Virus record (IMG/VR): IMGVR_UViG_3300040811_000687
DNA: 64,000 nucleotides
Source of the DNA: a virus
Reading direction: 5' to 3' (one strand)
The notes below the pieces were generated by a model. That model saw only the letters and a program-made list of their open reading frames with translations. It ran no database searches and had not been told where the DNA came from. Below are positions 47,958 to 58,113 of this stretch, piece by piece; the first letter of the stretch is position 1, and every line of letters starts with the position of its first letter. The translations under genes and the position numbers were made by a program.

Positions 47958-48217
47958 TGGCTAAGAAACAAAAAGTAAGATTTAATAAATCTGATAGAAG
48001 ACCGAAGGCTGATAAAGAATACGATAAACTACACTATTCTAAAAAGATGGTTAAGAAAGGTCGTAAGATTATTTGGCAAGTAAAAGAAAAACCTACTAAT
48101 AATATAATAGGTACATATTTCTTTGAGGAAGACGCAGATAAATTAGTTAAATTTCAAAACGAACATAGAGTTTGGGAAATGAATGGTGGTATACCTAGAT
48201 TTTTATGGAATAATTAA
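47957..48217 (+). CDS. Hypothetical basic protein
   Basis: Coupled ORF ending NGGIPRFL. Confidence 0.55.
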   Translation: MAKKQKVRFNKSDRRPKADKEYDKLHYSKKMVKKGRKIIWQVKEKPTNNIIGTYFFEEDADKLVKFQNEHRVWEMNGGIPRFLWNN

Positions 48218-48230
48218 CTTGCCTCTTTCT

Positions 48231-48238
48231 TATAAATA
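48231..48238 (+). promoter_or_regulatory. Late promoter
   Basis: TATAAATA. Confidence 0.7.
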
Positions 48239-48255
48239 TGTTATGAGAGAGAAAT

Positions 48256-49677
48256 ATGGCTTATAATTTAGCAACACTATCAACACTAACACAACACGTA
48301 CCGTCTAATATAAAGAAAGACTTTACTTCTTTATTAAATATGATGGTAGAGGGTGCATATTATGGCGATGATTCTCCTGTCACAAAATCTAAAGTCTACA
48401 TAGTAAAAGTATCTCCAGACAATTTAAAAAAAGTCCTACCTACACTAGAAAAAAAGTATACTGCTAAGATACAATCAGGTGCTAAAAAACAAGCAGACTT
48501 TATAGTACAAGGTTATAAGATTAAATTTATAGAAACAGGTAAGAAGTCTGTAAAACAACTAGACGCACAAGTCACAGCAAAACAAGAAAATGCCTCACTA
48601 TGGATTATAAGAAGAGCATTGAAAGACAATATTAGATATACTTGTCCTGAAGACATATCTAAAGACAAAAAATTTAAAGAACTAGTTAGAATATATCCAG
48701 ATGTGGTAGAAGATGAGTGGTTACAAAATTTTTATGCACAACAGAAAAAAATGTTAGAAGTGTTTAGAGGTAAATCATGGACAGAATATAACAGAGACGG
48801 TGGTTTTATGAATTATATCTCTAACGTAATAAGAGATAAGTTTAAGATTTCAAAAAAAGATAGTTGGAATCCTGCTGACATATGGTTAATTAAAAATGAA
48901 AATGATGTTAGAAGAACTATTGACAATGCAATGAAAGGTAACTCTGTATCTATATCTAAACTAAATGACGTAATGAAAACTTTATATAGTCAATACAAAT
49001 TGGCAGGTATATCATTAAAAAAAGTTTCAGGTAAAGAAGCAAAGTATGAAGAAGTAAATACTAAAAATGCATTGATGAAGGACTCCAAGTTTACAATGAA
49101 GTTAGATAGATCAGTTATGAAAATGGGTAACAAAACTGACAAGACATTAGTATCTGCTGATATGAGAATAGATATAAAGTCTGCTAACGATGTTTGCGAA
49201 TTTCAGATAAGACAAAACGGAAAAGGATTTAATCAGAATTTAAAATTTGATGGCAAATTCAAAGGTTCTGGTGCAGCTCGTATAGGAAAAGTACCAGTAG
49301 ACTTATTAGCAAGATTAATGGCCGAATATGGTGTAGGAAATAATAATAGATTATTTTTTGTAAATGATCATAATCAATATCCTAAATCATTGGCTGCCTT
49401 TGATAAGGTAAAATCGGTATACCTAAAACGATTTAAATTAGTAAACCGATATACTGATACGGGTATTACAGATAGTAAATTTATTGAAAGTATGATAAAA
49501 TCATATAACAGTAATGATCTAAAGAACGGTGTATCACATACTAAACTAATGGAACTAGATTTTTTATACTGTATTTACTCTATATCACCAGCAAAAAGAA
49601 ACAAAATGCTAACAGATATGGTGTTTTTAGCTGAGAAAAGAGGGTCACAATTTGGTCCTTTTGGCAAGTTATATTAG
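48256..49677 (+). CDS. Putative PD-(D/E)xK-like nuclease
   Basis: QE...DSWNPADIWLI...GISLKK pattern. Confidence 0.5.
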   Translation: MAYNLATLSTLTQHVPSNIKKDFTSLLNMMVEGAYYGDDSPVTKSKVYIVKVSPDNLKKVLPTLEKKYTAKIQSGAKKQADFIVQGYKIKFIETGKKSVKQLDAQVTAKQENASLWIIRRALKDNIRYTCPEDISKDKKFKELVRIYPDVVEDEWLQNFYAQQKKMLEVFRGKSWTEYNRDGGFMNYISNVIRDKFKISKKDSWNPADIWLIKNENDVRRTIDNAMKGNSVSISKLNDVMKTLYSQYKLAGISLKKVSGKEAKYEEVNTKNALMKDSKFTMKLDRSVMKMGNKTDKTLVSADMRIDIKSANDVCEFQIRQNGKGFNQNLKFDGKFKGSGAARIGKVPVDLLARLMAEYGVGNNNRLFFVNDHNQYPKSLAAFDKVKSVYLKRFKLVNRYTDTGITDSKFIESMIKSYNSNDLKNGVSHTKLMELDFLYCIYSISPAKRNKMLTDMVFLAEKRGSQFGPFGKLY

Positions 49678-49685
49678 TATAAATA
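49678..49685 (+). promoter_or_regulatory. Late promoter of the 49745-59439 operon
   Basis: TATAAATA. Confidence 0.75.
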
Positions 49686-49744
49686 TAAGTACTTGATATA
49701 TTGAATGAGAAAGTGAATTAATTTATGGATAAAATGAAAGAAAA

Positions 49745-50965
49745 ATGTTTAATTTTAAAGGTTTCATAACTAAAGAAAAAAACACACATTTAGAACATCT
49801 AGAAGACGATATAATTAATAGAGGTTCAAAAGGTGGCGATAATGCTATAAAGTTTCTAAAATCAATTAGAAACATGCTGGTAGGGTCATCTGGTGCCAAA
49901 GTAAATATGTCTGTCAAATGGGATGGTGCGCCTGCTATTGTGTGTGGTGTCAATCCAGAAAACGGTAAATTCTTTGTTGGTACTAAATCTGTATTCAACG
50001 CAACTCCAAAAATCAATTATACACCAGGTGATATTAGAAGTAATCATAGTGGACCTGTTGCAGATAAACTAAACGTTTGTTTAAGAGAATTAAAAAAATT
50101 AAGAATTACAGGTATCTATCAAGGAGATTTACTCTTTACAAACGATACTAAAATACAAAATATAGATGGTGAGGCCATGATAACTTTCACACCAAACACA
50201 ATTACATATGCAACACCAGTAAACTCTACTCTAGGTAAAAAAATTAGAAGAGCAAGAATGGGAATAGTATTTCATACAAGTTATACAGGTAAAGACATGA
50301 AAAGTTTAGGTGCTGGATTTGGTACAATATCTGGTAGATCAGGATCATCGGCAGTATTTTTAGCAAGTGCTGGTTATACAGATACTTCCGGTTCATCAAC
50401 ATTTACTAGTGGTGAACTATCTAGATTTGACGCCTTAATTAGAATGGCAGAGGGATCACTTTCAAAAGCTGCAACAATATTAAATGAAATGTCAAGATCA
50501 ACTGATTCTTTATCAGTTGGTTTCAGACTAAAGTCTTTTTTTAATCACTATATTAGAAACACACAAGGCCATATGGGTAAGGTTAAACAATTACAAAAAA
50601 TGTTTAGAGATTACTACGAGAATATTTTAACGGAAGAAATAGCAAATAGAAAAACAGAAAAAGGTAAACAAAAGTATAGAGATATATTAGATACTAACTT
50701 AAAATTTATAGATAGAAACGAACAAGCATTATATTTTACCATAGCTTCTCATGTAAGTTTAGGTAATGCAAAGAACTTTCTAATTCAAAAACTATCTCAA
50801 ATACAAAGTATCGGACATTTTATTAGAACATCAAGTGGTTACAGAGTAACTAATCCAGAGGGTTATGTTGCAGTAAGTAGAGCTGCTGGTGCAATTAAAT
50901 TAGTAGACAGATTAGAATTTAGTAGAGCAAACTTTACTATTGCTAAAGATTGGGTAAAAGGATAA
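49745..50965 (+). CDS. Conserved marine-phage protein with ATP-dependent ligase-like motifs
   Basis: KNTHLEHLED, KWDG (motif I-like), QGDLL, EGYV, KLVDRLEFS; N-terminal FKGFITKE. Confidence 0.6.
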   Translation: MFNFKGFITKEKNTHLEHLEDDIINRGSKGGDNAIKFLKSIRNMLVGSSGAKVNMSVKWDGAPAIVCGVNPENGKFFVGTKSVFNATPKINYTPGDIRSNHSGPVADKLNVCLRELKKLRITGIYQGDLLFTNDTKIQNIDGEAMITFTPNTITYATPVNSTLGKKIRRARMGIVFHTSYTGKDMKSLGAGFGTISGRSGSSAVFLASAGYTDTSGSSTFTSGELSRFDALIRMAEGSLSKAATILNEMSRSTDSLSVGFRLKSFFNHYIRNTQGHMGKVKQLQKMFRDYYENILTEEIANRKTEKGKQKYRDILDTNLKFIDRNEQALYFTIASHVSLGNAKNFLIQKLSQIQSIGHFIRTSSGYRVTNPEGYVAVSRAAGAIKLVDRLEFSRANFTIAKDWVKG

Positions 50966-51570
50966 TGAAAACATTTAAACAGTACGTTACAGAGGTAGAT
51001 AACAAATATGTTTATGCAGTTGAACAACCAAAGATTGTTTTAATTGGTGGTCCAGGTTCGGGTAAATCTACTTATGCAAAATTTTTAGTAAAAGAATTTA
51101 ATATAAAACATATCTATCCTGGTGATTTATTGAGAGCAGAAAAGGCCAAAGGTGGTGATATTGCAGATAGATTATCTGATTTAGGTAAAGGTGGTTTTGC
51201 ACCTAATGATATTGTTTTAGAACTAGTATTCAAGGCTGTTGCAGAGGCGAAAGGTGGTTTTGTATTTGATGGCTTTCCTAGATATATGCAACAAGTAAGA
51301 GATTTACAACACAAAAAGATTAGCATAAACAATGTGGTCTTTCTAAATGTAAGTGAAAAGGAAGTTATTAGAAGATTGACTGCTAGAGGTCGGGCTGATG
51401 ATAAACCAGAAATTATAAAGAATAGAATATCTTTATATAAAAAAGAAACCGGTCCTGTAATTGATTATTACAGAGATAAACAAGGATTCATAGAAATAAA
51501 AGCTGAAGGTGGAGAACCGGAAGAGATAGCAAATACAATAATAAATAAGGTTAAAAATGAAAACATTTAA
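50965..51570 (+). CDS. adk: Adenylate kinase-like NMP kinase (short LID)
   Basis: GGPGSGKST, GDLLR, FDGFPR, RGRADD. Confidence 0.88.
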   Translation: MKTFKQYVTEVDNKYVYAVEQPKIVLIGGPGSGKSTYAKFLVKEFNIKHIYPGDLLRAEKAKGGDIADRLSDLGKGGFAPNDIVLELVFKAVAEAKGGFVFDGFPRYMQQVRDLQHKKISINNVVFLNVSEKEVIRRLTARGRADDKPEIIKNRISLYKKETGPVIDYYRDKQGFIEIKAEGGEPEEIANTIINKVKNENI

Positions 51571-51913
51571 ACAGTACGAAAACAAAGTAGAAGAAATTGA
51601 TTCTATTTGTGAAAATATGAAATACGATGACCTTGTGGTAGAAGAAGCCGAACATCAAGGTAAAAAAGTAAAATTAAATAACCCTACCAGATCAAATGAT
51701 GGTAAAAAGAAGTTTTACGTATATGTAAAAAATGAAAAGGGTAATATAGTTAAGGTTGGATTTGGTGATCCGAATATGGAAATAAAAAGAGACGACCCTA
51801 ATAGAAGAAAGAATTTTAGAGCAAGGCACAACTGTGCTAATCCAGGTCCTAAATGGAAAGCAAGATACTGGAGTTGTTATCAGTGGAGAGCTGGCGCTAA
51901 GGTGGACAATTAA
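51557..51913 (+). CDS. Conserved basic phage protein
   Basis: KKFYVYV...FGDPNM...RRKNFRARHNC...ARYWSC; MKTFKQY N-terminus. Confidence 0.7.
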   Translation: MKTFKQYENKVEEIDSICENMKYDDLVVEEAEHQGKKVKLNNPTRSNDGKKKFYVYVKNEKGNIVKVGFGDPNMEIKRDDPNRRKNFRARHNCANPGPKWKARYWSCYQWRAGAKVDN

Positions 51914-51924
51914 AAGGAGATATA

Positions 51925-52584
51925 ATGTATATAAAAGGTGGAATGAAAAAACTAGGCAAAGCAATAGCAAAATCTACTAAAGAGAGTTTAGATAGAGAAA
52001 TAGCTATCGCAGAAGAGGAACAAAGAATAATGGATGAAGAAAATGGTATCAAATTTCCTACAAATCCGGAAATAGACCAAACATATGAAGCGCCTGAACC
52101 TATATTAAATGAAGATAGAAAGTTAGTTGAGTTGGCTGATGGTTCAAAATTAGAAGAAATGTCAATCAAAGAAAAGATTGGTACATGGTCACATAATTTT
52201 AATCAATTAGACCCACACAATAAATTTTTCTACTTGTTAGAACAAGGTAAAGGTATCGTTGAACTAGATGATACAAAAAGAATAAATGGATATAGAATAT
52301 ACGGATGTGTTAGTCAAGTATGGGTATTGCCGTCACTAAAAGATGAGAAGATGATCTTTGAAGTAGACGCTGACTCACATGAGGCTAGAGGTGTAATGTA
52401 TATTTTACAATCAATATTTTCAGGTCACTCACCATCTGAAATTTTAGAAGTAACAGATCAAGAAATAATTGATATAGGTTTCTTTGAAACATTGAACGAA
52501 AAAAGACGACATGGTACTTTTGCAGTAGTCAATGCTATAAGAACATATGCCAAAGATATGGTTGAAATGTTATCAGGCGAATAA
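51925..52584 (+). CDS. SufE-family sulfur-acceptor domain protein with acidic N-terminal extension
   Basis: GCVSQVWV, DADSHEARG, SPSEIL, L...RRHG. Confidence 0.8.
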   Translation: MYIKGGMKKLGKAIAKSTKESLDREIAIAEEEQRIMDEENGIKFPTNPEIDQTYEAPEPILNEDRKLVELADGSKLEEMSIKEKIGTWSHNFNQLDPHNKFFYLLEQGKGIVELDDTKRINGYRIYGCVSQVWVLPSLKDEKMIFEVDADSHEARGVMYILQSIFSGHSPSEILEVTDQEIIDIGFFETLNEKRRHGTFAVVNAIRTYAKDMVEMLSGE

Positions 52585-52596
52585 AACGGAACAGCA

Positions 52597-53289
52597 ATGA
52601 AAAATTTACAAGAAGTAAAAGCATTTTTAAATGAGGGTGTCTATGACAAAGGCATTTTCAAGGCCTTCTTCTTGGCGGGAGGACCTGGATCAGGTAAATC
52701 TTTCGTTACGCAAACCGCTTTTGCCGGTATAGGATTAAAAGTAGTAAACTCTGATACAATTTTTGAAAGAGAATTGTTAAAAGCAAACATGTCACTAAAA
52801 ATGCCAGATGAGGAAGCATACTTTAGAGATAAGATAAGAGCAAAAGCAAAAGTTACAGCAGGTTCACAATTAGACGCCTATGTAAAAGGAAGATTAGGAC
52901 TTGTTATTGACGCAACAGGTCGTGATAAAACTGTTATCAGTAGACAATATTCTATGTTAAAAGCAATAGGTTATGATTGTTATATGATCTTTGTAAACAC
53001 AAGTTTAGATGTGGCCTTAATGAGAAATGAATTAAGACCTAGATCAGTGCCAGAATATCTTGTAAAGAATAGTTGGAACAAAGTACAATCTAATATAGGT
53101 TCTTTTCAACAAATATTCAGACCAAGTAATATACTAATTGTTGATAACAATAGATCAGAAAAAGAATTAGTAACCAATACCATTCAAACTGCTTCAAAAT
53201 ATATTAGAAGACAAATGAATAAACAGCCAGATAATTATCTAGCAAAACAATGGATAGCAAGAGAACTAGCAGCTAAGAAAAGAATATGA
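52597..53289 (+). CDS. P-loop kinase (zeta-toxin/AAA_33-like)
   Basis: FLAGGPGSGKS, VNSD..FE, VIDATG, FVNTSL..A..RN. Confidence 0.8.
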   Translation: MKNLQEVKAFLNEGVYDKGIFKAFFLAGGPGSGKSFVTQTAFAGIGLKVVNSDTIFERELLKANMSLKMPDEEAYFRDKIRAKAKVTAGSQLDAYVKGRLGLVIDATGRDKTVISRQYSMLKAIGYDCYMIFVNTSLDVALMRNELRPRSVPEYLVKNSWNKVQSNIGSFQQIFRPSNILIVDNNRSEKELVTNTIQTASKYIRRQMNKQPDNYLAKQWIARELAAKKRI

Positions 53290-55595
53290 TTAAAAAATTT
53301 AAAGATTATTTAATTAAAGAAAGTATCATAGATATACCTAGAAAAACATATGCTCCTGGTGTATTTGATAAGGCTGATAGTAAAGACCCTATAATAAAAC
53401 CTAGTGTCAAAAAACAAATACAAGATCAGATTAAAGAATTTGAAAAAGAATATCCTGTTATTAAGATAGCATTAATAGGATCAATACTAACAAAGAGATA
53501 TAGAAATGACGCTGATCTTGACATTAATGTATTGTTTGATGTGCCAAAAGAAAAACAAGAACAAGAAAGAGTTGATCTTTCTCAAAAGTATTTGTCAGCA
53601 AAGAACCCAAAAAATATTCAAGGTAAGTTAATACCTGGTACACAACACCCTATCAACTATTATTTTTTAACTGATCAATCAACTTATGATGATCAAAATA
53701 AAAAAGCAGACGCAGTGTTTGATATAGAAAACGATAAGTTTATTAAAAGACCAGACGACTTTACTTTTGATACAAACTTATATGTAAAAGAATTTGAAAG
53801 AAAAGTACAAGAGTTAGATGTAATTAAAGGTGAATTAAAAAGAGATATAATAGATTACAATGAATTAGTTGAATTACAACCAGATGATATCTTAAACTTA
53901 CAAGACAAAATTAATACAAAGTTAGAAGAAATAGAAGATAGTATTTCAGATATAATAAAGATAGGTGATGGTGTTGACGCAGAAAGAAGATCAGCATTTA
54001 ATAGTGATATGACACCAGATCAAATAAGAAAGTATGGTGTTAAAAATAGATTACCTAAAAATGTTATCTATAAAATGTTAGAGAAATACCACTATTTAAA
54101 ATTTTATAAAAAATGTAAACAGATTTTAGATGATGGTAAAGTTACAGACGATGAGATAAAAAGTTTGACTAACGAACAAATAGATGAAATGAATTTAGAA
54201 TCTATTGCTTCAGCATGGAACGACATAATTAGAAGAACAATTAAAGCACCTCAAATGAAAAGAGGTGTACAATTATATTTAAAATATTTAAGACAAGGTA
54301 TGAAAGACGCTAAGAACAAGGCGGCTCAACATGCTGGTATAGACTACAATGAATTTGGTAAGGCAGTTAGAGACGCTGGTTTACCTGAAGAAGTAAACGA
54401 AGAAATAAGAAGACCAAGAAAATCAGTTGCATTTACTTTTGGTAGATTTAATCCACCAACTATAGGACATGAAAAACTTATTAGAAAAGTTAAGTCAGTA
54501 AGAGCAAATGATCACAAAATTTATTTGAGTAGAAGTGAAGACAGTAAGAAAAATCCATTATCGCCAAGTCAAAAACTAGCGTATATGAAAAAGATGTTTC
54601 CTTCTCACGCAAGAAATATAGAGATTAATAAAACTAATATGATATTAGATATAGCTACTACTTTACATAATAAAGGTTATACAGAGGTGTTTATGGTAGT
54701 AGGCAGTGACAGAGTAAGTGAATTTACAACCATATTAAACAAATACAACGATGTAAAATCAAGACATGGTTACTATAACTTTGACAACATCAATGTATTA
54801 TCAGCAGGTGAAAGAGATCCAGACGCAGAGGGAGCTTCAGGTATGAGTGCAAGTAAAATGAGAGCTGCAGCTGCCAAAGACGATATAGGTTCTTTTAAGA
54901 AAGGTTTACCTAGTGGTGTAAACGCTGCTGATCTAATGAAAGATGTTAGAAAAGGTATGAGATTAGAAAATTTAGTTGATCAACCATCTACAAAAATGTT
55001 AACTATGGAACAATTTGATCAACAACAAATAAGAGACTTATATTTGAGAGATATGATATTTAATATCGGAGAAAAGGTAGACTATACCAAACAAGATATA
55101 AAAGGAACAGTTAAAAGAAAAGGTACAAACTATATTGTACTAGAAGATAACAATAATAATTTACATAAAGCCTGGATATGGGATTGTATACCAATCGCCA
55201 GTGATAAAGAGGTTGCAGTTAGAGAACATAATTTAAATGTAGACTATGGCTTTAAGGCTGTATCTGAAAAGAAATATAATAAGATATTTGCCGACTTAAA
55301 GAAAGAAATTACGATGAAATTAGAGAAAGAAGCACATGAAATAGGCGCCGATTATGCCAATCATACTAAAGAAGTAACACCTGGTGAGGTTCCAGAAGCT
55401 AAACCAGTTGACGCAAAAAAGAGAGGGTGGCCTACACAAGGTTACAAAGAGATTAAGACAGAGGAAATATCTGAAAAAGATGTAAATAATTGGGCAAGTG
55501 AAGCAGATACAATAGATAAATATAAACAAAGATTTAAGGAGGAGTGGAAAATCAAGTTAGATGAGGCTGTGGCCAAAATGATCAGAGACTTGTAA
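53286..55595 (+). CDS. Multidomain protein: Pol-beta-type nucleotidyltransferase + HxGH (cytidylyltransferase-like) nucleotidyltransferase + C-terminal domain
   Basis: IGS.......DADLDI; FGRFNPPTIGH...VGSDR...SAGERDPD...MSASKMR. Confidence 0.8.
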   Translation: MIKKFKDYLIKESIIDIPRKTYAPGVFDKADSKDPIIKPSVKKQIQDQIKEFEKEYPVIKIALIGSILTKRYRNDADLDINVLFDVPKEKQEQERVDLSQKYLSAKNPKNIQGKLIPGTQHPINYYFLTDQSTYDDQNKKADAVFDIENDKFIKRPDDFTFDTNLYVKEFERKVQELDVIKGELKRDIIDYNELVELQPDDILNLQDKINTKLEEIEDSISDIIKIGDGVDAERRSAFNSDMTPDQIRKYGVKNRLPKNVIYKMLEKYHYLKFYKKCKQILDDGKVTDDEIKSLTNEQIDEMNLESIASAWNDIIRRTIKAPQMKRGVQLYLKYLRQGMKDAKNKAAQHAGIDYNEFGKAVRDAGLPEEVNEEIRRPRKSVAFTFGRFNPPTIGHEKLIRKVKSVRANDHKIYLSRSEDSKKNPLSPSQKLAYMKKMFPSHARNIEINKTNMILDIATTLHNKGYTEVFMVVGSDRVSEFTTILNKYNDVKSRHGYYNFDNINVLSAGERDPDAEGASGMSASKMRAAAAKDDIGSFKKGLPSGVNAADLMKDVRKGMRLENLVDQPSTKMLTMEQFDQQQIRDLYLRDMIFNIGEKVDYTKQDIKGTVKRKGTNYIVLEDNNNNLHKAWIWDCIPIASDKEVAVREHNLNVDYGFKAVSEKKYNKIFADLKKEITMKLEKEAHEIGADYANHTKEVTPGEVPEAKPVDAKKRGWPTQGYKEIKTEEISEKDVNNWASEADTIDKYKQRFKEEWKIKLDEAVAKMIRDL

Positions 55596-55606
55596 TACAC
55601 CGTACT

Positions 55607-57259
55607 ATGACTAAATACAGAAAAACAATGGCAGAAGCCTGGAACGAGGCAAATTTAATAGAGAGTGGTCTAATGGGAACTATGACCGATACTCAATTAG
55701 CAAACATCAAAAAAGTGTGGGCTAAAAAGACTATGAGAGACGTAACACCAGGCATAAAAAGTATGCTTGATAAAATGGATATGCCAACTAAAGTTGCTGT
55801 AAAACATGCTGGTATTAATATTCTTTCTAAAATAGTATTAAAAGATGAAGTAGATATGTCAGTTGATGTTTCAGAAACATACACTGTAGTTATCACTAAA
55901 AAAGATGGTTCAAAAATGGAACTAGGCAAGTATAATACTCCTGCTGAGGCACAAAAATATGTTGACATGTATGGTAAAGGTGCTAAGATTAAAAAAGAAG
56001 AACTTCAAGGTCAAAAAGAAAAGAATAAAGACGAACTAGAAGAAGGCAAAATGTCAGACATTGACGCCATGCAAAAAGATGGTGCCTCTGCTAAAGACAT
56101 TGCTAAAGCATTAAAGATTTCAGTAGCAACAGTTAAAGATATACTAGGCGAAGACGAACAACAAAACAAAGAAGATTTAGAAGAGTCTTTTAGTCCTGCT
56201 ATGTTACAAAAATTAAAAACAGAATTTGGTCCTTTAAAAGGCAAAACTATTACAGCTGCTAGAGCAAAACAGTTGATGAATATTTTAGACAAATTAAAAG
56301 ATAAAGATTTAGAAACTTTAAAAGGTGCAGGTATACCTTTTGTTTCTGGTGGTGCAATGTCTAAACTGTCAGTAAGAAAAATGAAATTCAAAGTAACTAC
56401 AATTACTCCTTTCGGAGAAGAAACAATTGAAGAATCTTATACAGTAAAATATGTAGACCCTTTAAATAAAAAGAACTTACGTATGAAACATGCTAATGAA
56501 AAAGACGCTCAAGATATGATGGATAGATTAAAAAAAGCTGGCGTTAAAGATATTAAAGTCGTAAAAGAAGAAGACGCTTACGATAAAGATGATGAGAAAC
56601 CAAAAAAACCTAAACCTAAAAAAGAAGATTTAGACGAGGATTCATTTGAAGAAGCATGTTGGGTAGGTTTTAAACAAGTAGGTATGAAAGATAAAGGTGG
56701 TAAACAAGTACCTAATTGTGTACCTGAAGAAAACGATTTAGACGAAGAAGTATTAGATGAAATGGCTGCTTTAAGAAAAAAAGCAGATAAGTCTGGTATA
56801 TCGTATAGTATTCTAAAGAAAGTATTTGATAGAGGTATGGCTGCTTGGAAAGGTGGTCACAGACCAGGTGCAAGTCAGCACCAATGGGCTTACGCTAGAG
56901 TAAATTCATTTATCACAAAAGGTAGTGGTACATGGGGTGGCGCAGATAAAGATTTAGCTAAACAAGCAAGAGGTCAAAAAGAAGACCTTGACGCAGTGCC
57001 ACAAGATAGAGACGTTAAGAAAAAAGATGGTACTCAACCTAAAAAATACTATAAAGGTTTAAGTAAAGATGTTAAAGACGCAAGAGCTTCACACTTTAAG
57101 AACAATGATTCTAACAAAGAGGCACCAGGAGATAAAGAAGCAAAAACTAAACCATCTATTCACACACAAAAATATAAAAAGATGTATGGTGAGGGTGCAA
57201 GAGAATTAGTATTAAAATTTTTAAAACAAAAAATGCAAACTTCCAAGGAGGAAAAATAA
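55607..57259 (+). CDS. Modular charged polyprotein, probable internal head protein
   Basis: Small modules separated by LEE/IEE/LDE linkers: HTH-like, CWVGFKQVG..VPNCV, RGMAAW..GHRPG..QWAYARVNSF. Confidence 0.65.
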   Translation: MTKYRKTMAEAWNEANLIESGLMGTMTDTQLANIKKVWAKKTMRDVTPGIKSMLDKMDMPTKVAVKHAGINILSKIVLKDEVDMSVDVSETYTVVITKKDGSKMELGKYNTPAEAQKYVDMYGKGAKIKKEELQGQKEKNKDELEEGKMSDIDAMQKDGASAKDIAKALKISVATVKDILGEDEQQNKEDLEESFSPAMLQKLKTEFGPLKGKTITAARAKQLMNILDKLKDKDLETLKGAGIPFVSGGAMSKLSVRKMKFKVTTITPFGEETIEESYTVKYVDPLNKKNLRMKHANEKDAQDMMDRLKKAGVKDIKVVKEEDAYDKDDEKPKKPKPKKEDLDEDSFEEACWVGFKQVGMKDKGGKQVPNCVPEENDLDEEVLDEMAALRKKADKSGISYSILKKVFDRGMAAWKGGHRPGASQHQWAYARVNSFITKGSGTWGGADKDLAKQARGQKEDLDAVPQDRDVKKKDGTQPKKYYKGLSKDVKDARASHFKNNDSNKEAPGDKEAKTKPSIHTQKYKKMYGEGARELVLKFLKQKMQTSKEEK

Positions 57260-58113
57260 TGAGTTATTTAAAAAATAAGCCAAACTCTTTAGAAGATATG
57301 GCAAAACAAATGCAGATACACACTAATGAATCTGATTACAAAGATAAGTTTAAAAAAGAATTAGACAAAGCCGGCAAAGGTATAGGTTCTATGACGCCAA
57401 AAGAAAAAAAAGATTTTTTTAATAAGATAGACAAAATGCATACGGCAAAAACAGAAAACGTTAAAGAAGAAGTTAATTGGACAGAAGCTGCTGAAGAACA
57501 AGAGAAAAGATCAGACGAAGCTAAGTATTATAAACCTGAAGAAGTTGAAGAAGCAACATATGGTTGGACTTTAGTTTCAAAAGCAAAAGATATTGCTAAA
57601 AAATTCAAAGATAATATATCAAAAGCTGTGGCAGAAATAGAAAAAATAGAAAAAGGTTTATCTAAAAATCCTACAGTTGACGCAGAGTTAAGAAAGTACA
57701 ATGAAAATTTAGAAGAAAAATACGAAGAAAAAGAAAAAAAAGATGATAGCTCAAAGGAAAAAGAACTAAAGATCAAACTAGATAAAGAAAAAGATACAGA
57801 CGCTTTAGAAAAACAGAATATAACTTTACAAGGTCAAGTCAATATTCTGAAACAAAAATTAGAAAACGAAAAGAATAAAGCTCTTAAGCCAGCACCTAAT
57901 AAAGATACAGGCGAAGTACCTTTATCTGTTGGTATTGCTTACAAACATCTAAAAGATAAGATGAAAACTGAAGCTGCTAAGTATAAAAAAGAACAAAAAA
58001 AAGACGAAACTCAAACTAGAGATCAAGAAATGGCAGACCCTAAAGGTAAAACTGATACAGGCCAGCCTAAAACTCCAGTTGAAATGAATCCAAAAATTAA
58101 CCACTCGTTTTAA
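57259..58113 (+). CDS. Lys/Glu-rich probable internal head protein
   Basis: Highly charged; VKE/VEE/LEE sites; KKDFFNKIDK module. Confidence 0.55.
   Translation: MSYLKNKPNSLEDMAKQMQIHTNESDYKDKFKKELDKAGKGIGSMTPKEKKDFFNKIDKMHTAKTENVKEEVNWTEAAEEQEKRSDEAKYYKPEEVEEATYGWTLVSKAKDIAKKFKDNISKAVAEIEKIEKGLSKNPTVDAELRKYNENLEEKYEEKEKKDDSSKEKELKIKLDKEKDTDALEKQNITLQGQVNILKQKLENEKNKALKPAPNKDTGEVPLSVGIAYKHLKDKMKTEAAKYKKEQKKDETQTRDQEMADPKGKTDTGQPKTPVEMNPKINHSF

Noticed and set aside
52597-53289. Zeta/epsilon toxin-antitoxin module
   Set aside because: P-loop kinase similarity only; no antitoxin-like neighbour, and the context is a late phage operon.
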